This document shows positions 36,968 through 44,650 of a DNA stretch of 64,000 nucleotides, in pieces. Source of the stretch: a bacterium (GTDB lineage Bacteria; UBA4055); assembly GCA_029559475.1 (NCBI GenBank), contig JAKQBN010000030.1, positions 10,756 through 74,755 on the forward strand, written 5' to 3'. Under the pieces are notes generated by a model. It saw only the letters and a list, made by a program, of their open reading frames with translations. It was not told the origin of the DNA and ran no database searches. Position 1 is the stretch's first letter; each line of letters opens with the position of its first letter. A program made the translations under genes and the position numbers.

Positions 36968-38209
36968 CTAATCTTCAAATATGATCTGCGGTTTACCTTT
37001 ATTCTGTTCGACCCTGATAATTTCAAGAATTTTATCATACGAGTACGATCCTTTCAGCTTCGGATTGAACCTGCATCGTACCGAAACTTCATTTTTCTCA
37101 ACTTCCTTATCGCCGACGACAAGTATCAGAGGAATTTTCCGCAATTCCGCATTCCTGATCCGGCTGCTCAGAGAATCATTATTGTCTGAAAGTTCTACAC
37201 GCATATCTTCCTCTTTCAGCTTGCGCACCAGTTTTTTGCAGTGATCCGAACGGTTACTGTTTATATCGATAACCATTACCTGCATCGGAGACAGCCAGAA
37301 CGGCAGACTGCCCGAATAGAATTCCAGCAGTACGGCTATGAACCTTTCAATACTTCCGAACAAAGCACGGTGCACAAGATACGGAACATGGAATTTTCCG
37401 TCAGAACCGCGGTATTCCATCTTGAATTTACCGGGCAGGTTGAAATCGAACTGAACAGTGCTGCACTGCCATTCATTTCCCGCGAAATCGATTATCTTGA
37501 TATCTATTTTAGGCCCGTAAAAAGCACCGCCGCCTTCATCGATCTCATATTCCAGTCCGACTTCATTTACAGCTTTTTTCAAATGTTCAACCGCCATTTC
37601 CCAGTCTGAATCACTGCCTATAGCTTTCTCGGCCGGTTTAGTAGCTATATAAGCCTTGAACTTATTCAGCCCGAAAGCCCTGAGAACATAAAGGCTGAAC
37701 TTGAGAGCACGGAGTATCTCGCCGTAGATCTGATCCTTACTGCAGATAATATGCGCGTCATCCTGAACAAAACCTCTCACCCTTTTCAGCCCGTGCAGAG
37801 CACCGGAGAACTCATACCGGTAAACAGTGCCGAATTCCGCATACCTGACCGGCAGTTCCTGATATGACCTCTGCCTGTTCTTAAAGATCATCAGATGAAA
37901 AGGACAATTCATCGGCTTAAGATAATATTCTTCCTCATCTATCTTTATCGGAGCATACATATTTTCCTTAAAGAAATCCAGATGCCCTGAAGTTTTCCAC
38001 AAACCTGCCTTACCGATATGAGGAGAATAAACCCATTCATAGCCGTTTTGCAAATGAGCCTTCTGACTGAACCTTTCAAGCTCGTACCTTATGACACTTC
38101 CGTTCGGGTGAAAAGACACAAGACCCGCTCCGACTTCCTCTGAAAAACTATACAGATCAAGCTCTTTTCCAAGTTTGCGATGATCCCTGTTTTCGATAAT
38201 ATTCTTCAT
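36968..38209 (-). CDS. thrS: threonine--tRNA ligase paralog lacking N-terminal TGS/editing domains (catalytic class II core + anticodon-binding domain only)
   Basis: The product begins RDHRKLGKELDLY, which corresponds to about residue 240 of canonical ThrRS. Class II motifs and a C-terminal anticodon-binding domain are present. Upstream stop codons occur in all frames, so the 413-aa length is genuine. Confidence 0.75.
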   Translation of the reverse strand: MKNIIENRDHRKLGKELDLYSFSEEVGAGLVSFHPNGSVIRYELERFSQKAHLQNGYEWVYSPHIGKAGLWKTSGHLDFFKENMYAPIKIDEEEYYLKPMNCPFHLMIFKNRQRSYQELPVRYAEFGTVYRYEFSGALHGLKRVRGFVQDDAHIICSKDQIYGEILRALKFSLYVLRAFGLNKFKAYIATKPAEKAIGSDSDWEMAVEHLKKAVNEVGLEYEIDEGGGAFYGPKIDIKIIDFAGNEWQCSTVQFDFNLPGKFKMEYRGSDGKFHVPYLVHRALFGSIERFIAVLLEFYSGSLPFWLSPMQVMVIDINSNRSDHCKKLVRKLKEEDMRVELSDNNDSLSSRIRNAELRKIPLILVVGDKEVEKNEVSVRCRFNPKLKGSYSYDKILEIIRVEQNKGKPQIIFED

Positions 38210-38240
38210 TTTTTATTCCTTTAATTTAATTTTTTACAAT

Positions 38241-38273
38241 AAAAAAAGCCGCTGAACCCGAGGGTCCGGCGGC
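38241..38273 (-). terminator. strong rho-independent terminator located 32 nt upstream of the thrS-like start codon (candidate attenuator/T-box terminator)
   Basis: On the minus strand the sequence is GCCGCCGGACCCTCGGGTTCAGCGGC followed by TTTTTTTATT. A GC-rich 26-nt hairpin like this is unusual in this AT-rich DNA. Confidence 0.55.
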
Positions 38274-38415
38274 TTATTAACAAACCGTTTTTAGATTATG
38301 TTAAATTATACCAACCCCCTCCGGGTTCGAAACTCGTAGGTGGTCGTGGTCAGTGCGATTCCTATATGTCGTAAATTAATTTTCATTTTCTTACTTTTTT
38401 TTTAATTCCGACCGC

Positions 38416-38444
38416 AAATTACTACAATTATTTTTTATTGTCAA
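38416..38444 (-). promoter_or_regulatory. candidate sigma70 promoter for the thrS-like leader
   Basis: On the minus strand, TTGACA is followed by a 17-nt spacer and TAATTT. This would give a leader of about 190 nt that contains an ACG-ACC-ACC run. Confidence 0.3.
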
Positions 38445-38461
38445 GCGATAAAACGATCCGT

Positions 38462-39397
38462 TTATTTATACTCATTTAGCTTGCTTAATAATTCAACAGC
38501 CTCGATCCCGAACTTAGAAAATCCGAACCATTTCTTTCCAAGATCTTTTAATGATGCACCGAAATGATACACATCCGAGTCGTCAATAATTATAAATCTG
38601 TCGTGCGATTTTTTGAATATTCTTATTTCAATCGGAAAATACTGCTCGCTGAATTTTTCTATGTCAAGTTTTAGCTGTGGTGAAACCGATTGAGTCAGGA
38701 TCGTTACTTTTACATTCTTGTTTACTTTTACGAGAAGAACCAGAACAGTATCGTCAATATAATTGTCTATGATCAACACCGATTTCTCAGCTCTTCGAAA
38801 CAAATCAGACACAAACTTGTATGCATCGAATATCTGACCGTCAAAGAATATCCCTTGCTTTGGCTGTAATTCCTTACTTTCAAGCGCATTGAATAGTTTA
38901 TCTAATTTAATATCATTTTCAATCAATTTTACTTCAACTCGATCCAATCTCTGAAATACTTGAGCATTTGACTGTATGAATTTACGCATCTCGACAAATG
39001 CTTTCATAATTTTCACACTGATTATTATTGCCGTTTCGCTCCTTAATACAGCTGATAACATTGCAACACCCTGTTCTGTGTAAACGAATGGCAAATATTT
39101 TGTGTGCCTACCTTTTGCATCCTCTATGATCACAATTTGTGATCTTAAAGAGTTCTTGTGCCTATTTTCGCTCTTTATACAAGATTTTATATTTTCATAT
39201 TCTGATTCATCAAGTTGGAAACAAAAATCATCAGGAAACCTTTCCTTGTTCCTTTTAACAGCCTGATTAAGAATCCTTGTCTCCACTCCGTAAAGTTCAG
39301 CCAAATCTCTATCCAGCATCACCTGATATCCCCTAATAGAATAAATCCTGTCTCGGATTACCCCCTCATCAAATTTTTCCAATTCATTACCTGTCAT
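38462..39397 (-). CDS. ORF6N (KilA-N-like) domain-containing protein
   Basis: The N-terminal ORF6N signature is IRDRIYSIRGYQVMLDRDLAELYGVETRILNQAVKRNKERFPDDFCFQL. The internal ATG at 39397 is preferred because GGGAG lies upstream. Confidence 0.7.
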   Translation of the reverse strand: MTGNELEKFDEGVIRDRIYSIRGYQVMLDRDLAELYGVETRILNQAVKRNKERFPDDFCFQLDESEYENIKSCIKSENRHKNSLRSQIVIIEDAKGRHTKYLPFVYTEQGVAMLSAVLRSETAIIISVKIMKAFVEMRKFIQSNAQVFQRLDRVEVKLIENDIKLDKLFNALESKELQPKQGIFFDGQIFDAYKFVSDLFRRAEKSVLIIDNYIDDTVLVLLVKVNKNVKVTILTQSVSPQLKLDIEKFSEQYFPIEIRIFKKSHDRFIIIDDSDVYHFGASLKDLGKKWFGFSKFGIEAVELLSKLNEYK

Positions 39398-39436
39398 AAA
39401 TAATTCTCCCGATAACATTTTAGGCAATATAACACG

Positions 39437-39465
39437 AGAAGAGTGCCATCTAATGGCACTCTTCT
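39437..39465. terminator. perfect 13-bp inverted repeat hairpin (terminator or protein-binding palindrome) between the GNAT and ORF6N genes
   Basis: The arms are agaagagtgccat and atggcactcttct with a cta loop. No clean T-run follows on either strand. Confidence 0.4.
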
Positions 39466-39488
39466 ATAAAATATGAATTATTTTTTTA

Positions 39489-40109
39489 TTATTTTACGAG
39501 AGGTATCTCATCTCCGAAAACATCGAAAATTTTTATATCATTGTCTTCAAATCCGTGATACTCGCTTCTGAACAGAACCCAGACCATAAAATCCCTGAAC
39601 TCTCCTTCAAAAGCCGTATTGACCCTCTTCCTAATACATTCCAGATTAAAACCGAGCTTTTTTGGGACATTCTGACTTTTCTGATTTTCGGGAACACATT
39701 TGATCTCGAACCTGTCTATTTCTTCATTCATGAAACCGACTTTGATCAGCGCTTTTGAAATTTCCGTGACTATACCCTTTCCGCATTCTTCCTTATCGAT
39801 CCAGTATCCGATCTCGTAGGCATACTTACCGTTGTGAGTATGAAGTCCCGTACCGCCTATCACTTTAGATTCGTCCCTGTTAAAGATACCATACACAAAA
39901 TCCTTTGAAGCATCGAAATTCGACCTGAACCTGCGCAATATCTCAATCCTGTCCTCAACAGTAAGAGGCTCTTTATGTACGAAGGGCATAAATTCTTTAA
40001 GATGATCCACATTCTTCGTGATCGAAGCGTGAAGCAGCTTCGCGTCAGCCGGATTCCAGCATCTTAGAACGCATCGCTTTGTTTCAATTCTATAAGATGG
40101 ATATTTCAT
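39489..40109 (-). CDS. GNAT family N-acetyltransferase (RimJ/RimL-like)
   Basis: The RimL-like start (MKYPSYRIETKRCVLR) and GNAT motif A (ECGKGIVTE) are present. The ATG at 40109 is preferred because an AGAGGT Shine-Dalgarno lies upstream. Confidence 0.7.
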   Translation of the reverse strand: MKYPSYRIETKRCVLRCWNPADAKLLHASITKNVDHLKEFMPFVHKEPLTVEDRIEILRRFRSNFDASKDFVYGIFNRDESKVIGGTGLHTHNGKYAYEIGYWIDKEECGKGIVTEISKALIKVGFMNEEIDRFEIKCVPENQKSQNVPKKLGFNLECIRKRVNTAFEGEFRDFMVWVLFRSEYHGFEDNDIKIFDVFGDEIPLVK

Positions 40110-40187
40110 TTTTACCTCTTTGCGCCATTTTTTAACATGACTAGTCAACAGATTTCTTGTATATATAGACTGGTGTGATACACAATT

Positions 40188-40590
40188 TTATTTGTGATTG
40201 AACTTAGTAAAATATTCGTCAATTTCTGGCCTTAATTCAATTCCTACTCGCTCAAAGATGTCCAACAAATCATTATAAGTACCTTCGCCACCTAAAAAAT
40301 CCCAGAATTCATGAGCTACTTTTAATTCATTCTCAAGATCAAGCATACCAGCCATAGTCCATCTGGTATACGGTTTCGGCTCATAAGGATTATATGGAAT
40401 TGCAATTAAAGTATTTACATTGGCTTGAGGATTATCAGCAAGTACGCAAGCAGTCCATTGAAGTAATGTTCTTTTAAATTCAATAAATCCGCCTTTATTA
40501 GGCTTTGCAGTTTTTATATCGAATAAAAATAATTCTCCTGAAATAGTGACATTTGTCCCTTCGCGAAGTGTTATATTACAAATATAAGGC
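40188..40590 (-). pseudogene. start-less ORF remnant (about 133 codons, no ATG/GTG/TTG), possible fragment of a PD-(D/E)XK-like nuclease
   Basis: I translated this by hand: ...TLREGTNVTISGELFLFDIKTAKPNKGGFIEFKRTLLQW...EFWDFLGGEGTYNDLLDIFERVGIELRPEIDEYFTKFNHK*. Stops occur in all frames upstream, and it abuts the divergent start of the HTH-repeat gene. Confidence 0.35.
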
Positions 40591-40606
40591 TAAACTGGAG
40601 GGGAAA

Positions 40607-41452
40607 ATGACAAAAAAGGAAACAGAGCTTCAAAGATACATAGATAAGACAAGCGAGGGAGAGTTTCTGTACGAGTTGGCAAATTCGTATGAGCTCTCCC
40701 CGATTTTAAGTAAAAACATCCTTCAAACAGCCAAAACCTGCCTTCTCCAAAGCAAAGTACTTCAAGCCGGACAGATAGAATATCACTGCGTAAGTATCGA
40801 TGAAAAAAGCGGGAAGCAGATGCTTGATATGAGCAAGATAAAAGTTATTCTGACTCTAAAGGACGAAATCGAAGATATAACTACTTTAAGCGTGGAAGGC
40901 AGAAGCGTATATCGTCAGAATAAAATTCAAAGGATGACTGATGAGGCTATAGCGCAAAACGGCATATTAAGTCAGGAAGATCTTAGTATGCTGCTGAATG
41001 TAAGCGTGAGAACGATCAAGCGTGATATTCGTAGAATAAAGATCAGGAATATTGAAGTGATCACCCGCGGGACCTATCACAATATAGGAAGGGGACAAAC
41101 GCACAAGACACGAATAATCAGCCTATTTCTTGAAGGATGCACATATACTGACATCAAGTGGAAAACGCATCACAGCACAGGATCAATCAAGAGGTATCTT
41201 GATAGCTTCGGAAAAGTTCTGATGTGTGTGGAGTATGGTATTAAGGACAAGTCAGAGATACGATCTGTAACAAATCTGTCTGAATATCTGATATGCCAGT
41301 ACCTGGATATACTCAAATCTGCAGAAAAAAGTAAAGTGAAATCAGAAAACTTGGATATGCTTAAACAGCAACTGTCATATAGATATGGTTCAAAAAAAAC
41401 GATCGTTTACGATGGTCTGAGAGCGGAAGCTACGACAGGAGGCTGGAAATGA
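40607..41452 (+). CDS. hypothetical protein with three tandem helix-turn-helix-like modules (paralog 1)
   Basis: The ATG at 40607 is preferred because GGAGGGGAAA lies upstream. Repeated modules include LSQEDLSMLLNVSVRTIKRDI, YTDIKWKTHHSTGSIKRYL and SEIRSVTNLSEYLICQYL. Confidence 0.5.
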   Translation: MTKKETELQRYIDKTSEGEFLYELANSYELSPILSKNILQTAKTCLLQSKVLQAGQIEYHCVSIDEKSGKQMLDMSKIKVILTLKDEIEDITTLSVEGRSVYRQNKIQRMTDEAIAQNGILSQEDLSMLLNVSVRTIKRDIRRIKIRNIEVITRGTYHNIGRGQTHKTRIISLFLEGCTYTDIKWKTHHSTGSIKRYLDSFGKVLMCVEYGIKDKSEIRSVTNLSEYLICQYLDILKSAEKSKVKSENLDMLKQQLSYRYGSKKTIVYDGLRAEATTGGWK

Positions 41453-42246
41453 ATCTGAACAATATACGGGACAGATATGAAAGCATAAACAAACGGAACT
41501 TCAGATCAGCTTTGATAAGCCTTTTAGAAAACGATTATAAAATTTTAGGATCAAGAAAAATCTTATCCATGCTTGCAGAGGACATTGAACAGCTTTATAA
41601 CGAATTTAATCCTAAAATATCTGAAGTCGGCTTTGGTGAGATCGTATTCAGGACAACAAAAGATGATGGTCAAAGACAAAGTTACGGTAAGAAGACAGAA
41701 GATTATGCGTCAACGACAGTGATACTGCCATTGATAACAAAAGATGATGTTGAGCGCAGAATTTATTTCCGCAAAGGCGACAGAAACAGTAATTACGAGC
41801 ACAGAGAGTCAAGGGACATAGAAACTATGGTAAGGCTAATCAAAAGCGCAAAGGAGCAAGGCGGATTACTCACCGGAGCGGAAGTAAGTGTTCTGATGAA
41901 CAGAAGCCTCAGTACCATCAGAAAATATCTTGATGCTTACAGGAATAAAACAGGTGAAATACTTCCGCTGAAAGGATATGTGCTTGATCAAGGCAGCCTG
42001 CCTACTCATAAAGGCATAATCGTATCGCTTTATGAGCAGGGAATATCTCCGTCCGATATTGTTTTAAAAACTTCACACAGCCAAAGCGCGGTTGATCGCT
42101 ACATCGGGCAATACGATCAGATTAAGAAGCTCATTAAAAAAGGTTTAAATGAGCGTGAAATTAAAGATATTACGAGAAGGTCATTGAAAATCATCAGAGA
42201 ATATGTTAAATTGTATAAACAATTAAATCCGGAAGTGAAAAAATGA
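41449..42246 (+). CDS. hypothetical protein with three tandem helix-turn-helix-like modules (paralog 2)
   Basis: It aligns by eye with paralog 1 over about 130 residues (GxLxxxExSxLxNxSxxTIxxxL...THKxxIxSL...DIxxKTxHSxxxxxRYx). It is coupled to paralog 1 by an ATGA overlap. Confidence 0.5.
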   Translation: MNLNNIRDRYESINKRNFRSALISLLENDYKILGSRKILSMLAEDIEQLYNEFNPKISEVGFGEIVFRTTKDDGQRQSYGKKTEDYASTTVILPLITKDDVERRIYFRKGDRNSNYEHRESRDIETMVRLIKSAKEQGGLLTGAEVSVLMNRSLSTIRKYLDAYRNKTGEILPLKGYVLDQGSLPTHKGIIVSLYEQGISPSDIVLKTSHSQSAVDRYIGQYDQIKKLIKKGLNEREIKDITRRSLKIIREYVKLYKQLNPEVKK

Positions 42247-42249
42247 AGA

Positions 42250-42729
42250 TTATTTACTACCGCGCTTCGCTTGCTTACTTCTCAGGGGACAAATGTCACT
42301 AATGTAAAAAGATTCAAGCATGACATCTACTTTTGTAGCCTTAACAACTTTCATCTTACCTTTCTGGCAAACTTTTCTTATCGCATTGATTTCTTCGGGT
42401 TTACAAGGTTTTACATTTGCTGCGGTTAAATCATCCATAATATCTTGAATTACTCTTTGAGCATCTTCACTGATATTAACACCAGCTTTAGCTTGTGCCG
42501 TTGCGTTTTTGAAATTTTTACTGGCTAATGCGAGTGCGACAGGTTCAAATATGCTGGTACCAAAATTTGTATTCAATGATTGAATAAAAGAGAACAATGC
42601 GATCCTGTCACTGCCTAGTAGTCTTGTATGGAACGGCATTGAAGCTGGTTCTGGATTATAATTTTTGAATTTATGCCTCAAGCTATTTCTTAAGACATCT
42701 TCTATTTGTTTTATTTGATTACTATCCAT
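42250..42729 (-). CDS. hypothetical 159-aa protein co-transcribed downstream of the DNA methyltransferase (candidate restriction/specificity partner)
   Basis: It starts 33 nt after the MTase stop on the same strand. I did not recognise any motif family. Confidence 0.35.
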   Translation of the reverse strand: MDSNQIKQIEDVLRNSLRHKFKNYNPEPASMPFHTRLLGSDRIALFSFIQSLNTNFGTSIFEPVALALASKNFKNATAQAKAGVNISEDAQRVIQDIMDDLTAANVKPCKPEEINAIRKVCQKGKMKVVKATKVDVMLESFYISDICPLRSKQAKRGSK

Positions 42730-42762
42730 TTCAAGTTATCTCAAGTAAGTTAGGGTTTAGAA

Positions 42763-44388
42763 TTACTTCCTCTTCAAGTGAAATATTATTTCCGAGTAGG
42801 CACTTTTATCTCTTTCGGTACGGTTGAGCACTGGTCTTTTGAACTGATTTACAATTTTCATATCTGCATTATCTGCGATAGTTGGATATAAATTATATTT
42901 ATCGTTTGCTACGAGAAACACATCATAATCCTTTACAAAGTACTTTTTTACATTGTTCAAAACATCGCTTATGCCTTTAACATAGCTATCTTTAGCTTCT
43001 CGGCCTTGACCTTTGAAAAGAGGTCCGATTTCAAGCTCGTCATTCCTGTCGAATCCGAAAAGATCATAAGCGTAGGCATGCTGTTCATGATAATCAATTA
43101 AACCTACATAAGGAGGTGATGAAAATATCCCGTTTATTTTCTTTTTTGAAACAAGTTTTGAAAATTCAGGATCCAATTTTTTTAAACCGTTGACTATATC
43201 AATCGTTCTGCTGTCACCGGTCAGGCAAGTATGAAATGTTTCTTTTTTTAGCTTTGAGTAATCTTCTAAGCGCTTTACAGTGTCTTTAGCGTATCTTTCC
43301 CACCAGCTCAAAATTGAAAATAAAGGTTTGCATATTTTACCGTGTTTTGAACAGTAATATGTCGTCGTTACAGGCTCGAAAAGAGTTGCAAGATCTGCAT
43401 GAGTAGTTGCTCTGCAACTTCTGATAGTCCTGCTTAATATTACGCTTACAATTTCTTTCGTATCCGAATTAGCTATTTTCTTTATCTCATTGTGCACTAT
43501 TTCAATTTCTTCTCTGATGTGCTCAGAATACCATTTGTCGAGAAATGAGCCTTCTTTGCTTTGTCGCTGCTTGATTTTATACTCAGCTACTAATTTTTTG
43601 AAGATCGGTAAGAACTCTTTTTCTTTTTCAGCTCCATAAGTATCTTCATCTACCATTTTACGCTTAATATTGTAACGGTATTCTGGAGACGGAAAATGTT
43701 TTAGATTAAAATCATATAGCTCGTGTAATAATTTTTCTTCAAATTCTACAGTATGATTATCTTTCAAGAATAATTTTAGTTTTTTAGAAATTTCGCTTAT
43801 AACTTTTAGCACTTCATCATAGTTATAGTCTTTAACTTTACATTTAGCTATCATAGAATTGAATGCTGAAACATCAATCCCTATTGAATGGATTCCAAGT
43901 TCGCAAGCTTGTACCATTGTAGTGCCGCTGCCTGAAAAAGGATCGAGTACTATATCACCTTGTTTGAAGTAAATCTCTTTTTTGAAATCATCAACATGCG
44001 CGTCTAAAAAATACTCAACCAGTTGAGGTATAAATTTTCCTTTGTAGGGATGTAATCTGTGAACATGTTTTGTTGTGTCTGATTCTTTATACTGATCAAA
44101 TGACAATGCCCAATTAAGATCATTTCCAAGTTCTTTTTTCCATGTATCTACTCTGGATTCCTTAAAACCCGCATAATATTCGGCAAGCTCTTCTTTAACA
44201 ACCATAGTCGATCCATTTTCGCCAATTTTTTTTATTCTACCGTACTGGACTAAATAAGATATATTTGAAGGTGTTACATTTTTCCCTAGTAAATCTGAAG
44301 CCCAATCGCTTGCTTCCTTTATTGACAATAATTCTGACATTTTCTTTACCTGCTTCATGTGCAATTTATCTGTCTTTTCAATCTTCAT
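42763..44388 (-). CDS. DNA methyltransferase (N6-adenine or N4-cytosine type; FxGSGTT motif I and SPPY motif IV) with N-terminal HTH-like segment
   Basis: The HPYKGKFxPQLVEYFL...GDIVLDPFSGSGTTMVQACELG motif lies at about aa 120-165, and IFSSPPYVGLIDY at about aa 420. The N-terminal 70 aa are HTH-like. Confidence 0.8.
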   Translation of the reverse strand: MKIEKTDKLHMKQVKKMSELLSIKEASDWASDLLGKNVTPSNISYLVQYGRIKKIGENGSTMVVKEELAEYYAGFKESRVDTWKKELGNDLNWALSFDQYKESDTTKHVHRLHPYKGKFIPQLVEYFLDAHVDDFKKEIYFKQGDIVLDPFSGSGTTMVQACELGIHSIGIDVSAFNSMIAKCKVKDYNYDEVLKVISEISKKLKLFLKDNHTVEFEEKLLHELYDFNLKHFPSPEYRYNIKRKMVDEDTYGAEKEKEFLPIFKKLVAEYKIKQRQSKEGSFLDKWYSEHIREEIEIVHNEIKKIANSDTKEIVSVILSRTIRSCRATTHADLATLFEPVTTTYYCSKHGKICKPLFSILSWWERYAKDTVKRLEDYSKLKKETFHTCLTGDSRTIDIVNGLKKLDPEFSKLVSKKKINGIFSSPPYVGLIDYHEQHAYAYDLFGFDRNDELEIGPLFKGQGREAKDSYVKGISDVLNNVKKYFVKDYDVFLVANDKYNLYPTIADNADMKIVNQFKRPVLNRTERDKSAYSEIIFHLKRK

Positions 44389-44437
44389 AAACGTTTCTAA
44401 TTTACTCTAAACAAGTTGTTTTTACAAACAAAATTCC

Positions 44438-44620
44438 TTATTTATTTTCAAGTATTGTTTCATTTATAGAAGATTCTATAGCATCAAACCAATCTATTTT
44501 TTCTGCAATCACATCTTTTATCTTTAAAATTTCAGACGAATTTAATTTTCTTCCCAATACTTCTTCAGATACATTCTGAACATCTTCATCTGTTAATTCA
44601 TAAACAACATTCTTTCTCAT
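44438..44620 (-). CDS. hypothetical small acidic protein (60 aa)
   Basis: The ORF lies between ispF and the MTase gene on the same strand. No motif was recognised. Confidence 0.25.
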   Translation of the reverse strand: MRKNVVYELTDEDVQNVSEEVLGRKLNSSEILKIKDVIAEKIDWFDAIESSINETILENK

Positions 44621-44650
44621 ATAGATATTAACTCCTCATTTTTTTTCAAT

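Noticed and set aside
38300-38350. tRNA-like T-arm fragment (CGGGTTCGAAACTCG), a possible att site of an integrated island
   Set aside because: Only a T-loop-like hexamer with a 4-bp stem is present. There is no acceptor or D/anticodon structure, no CCA, and no matching full tRNA end elsewhere in the window. The same bases are better explained as part of the thrS-like leader.
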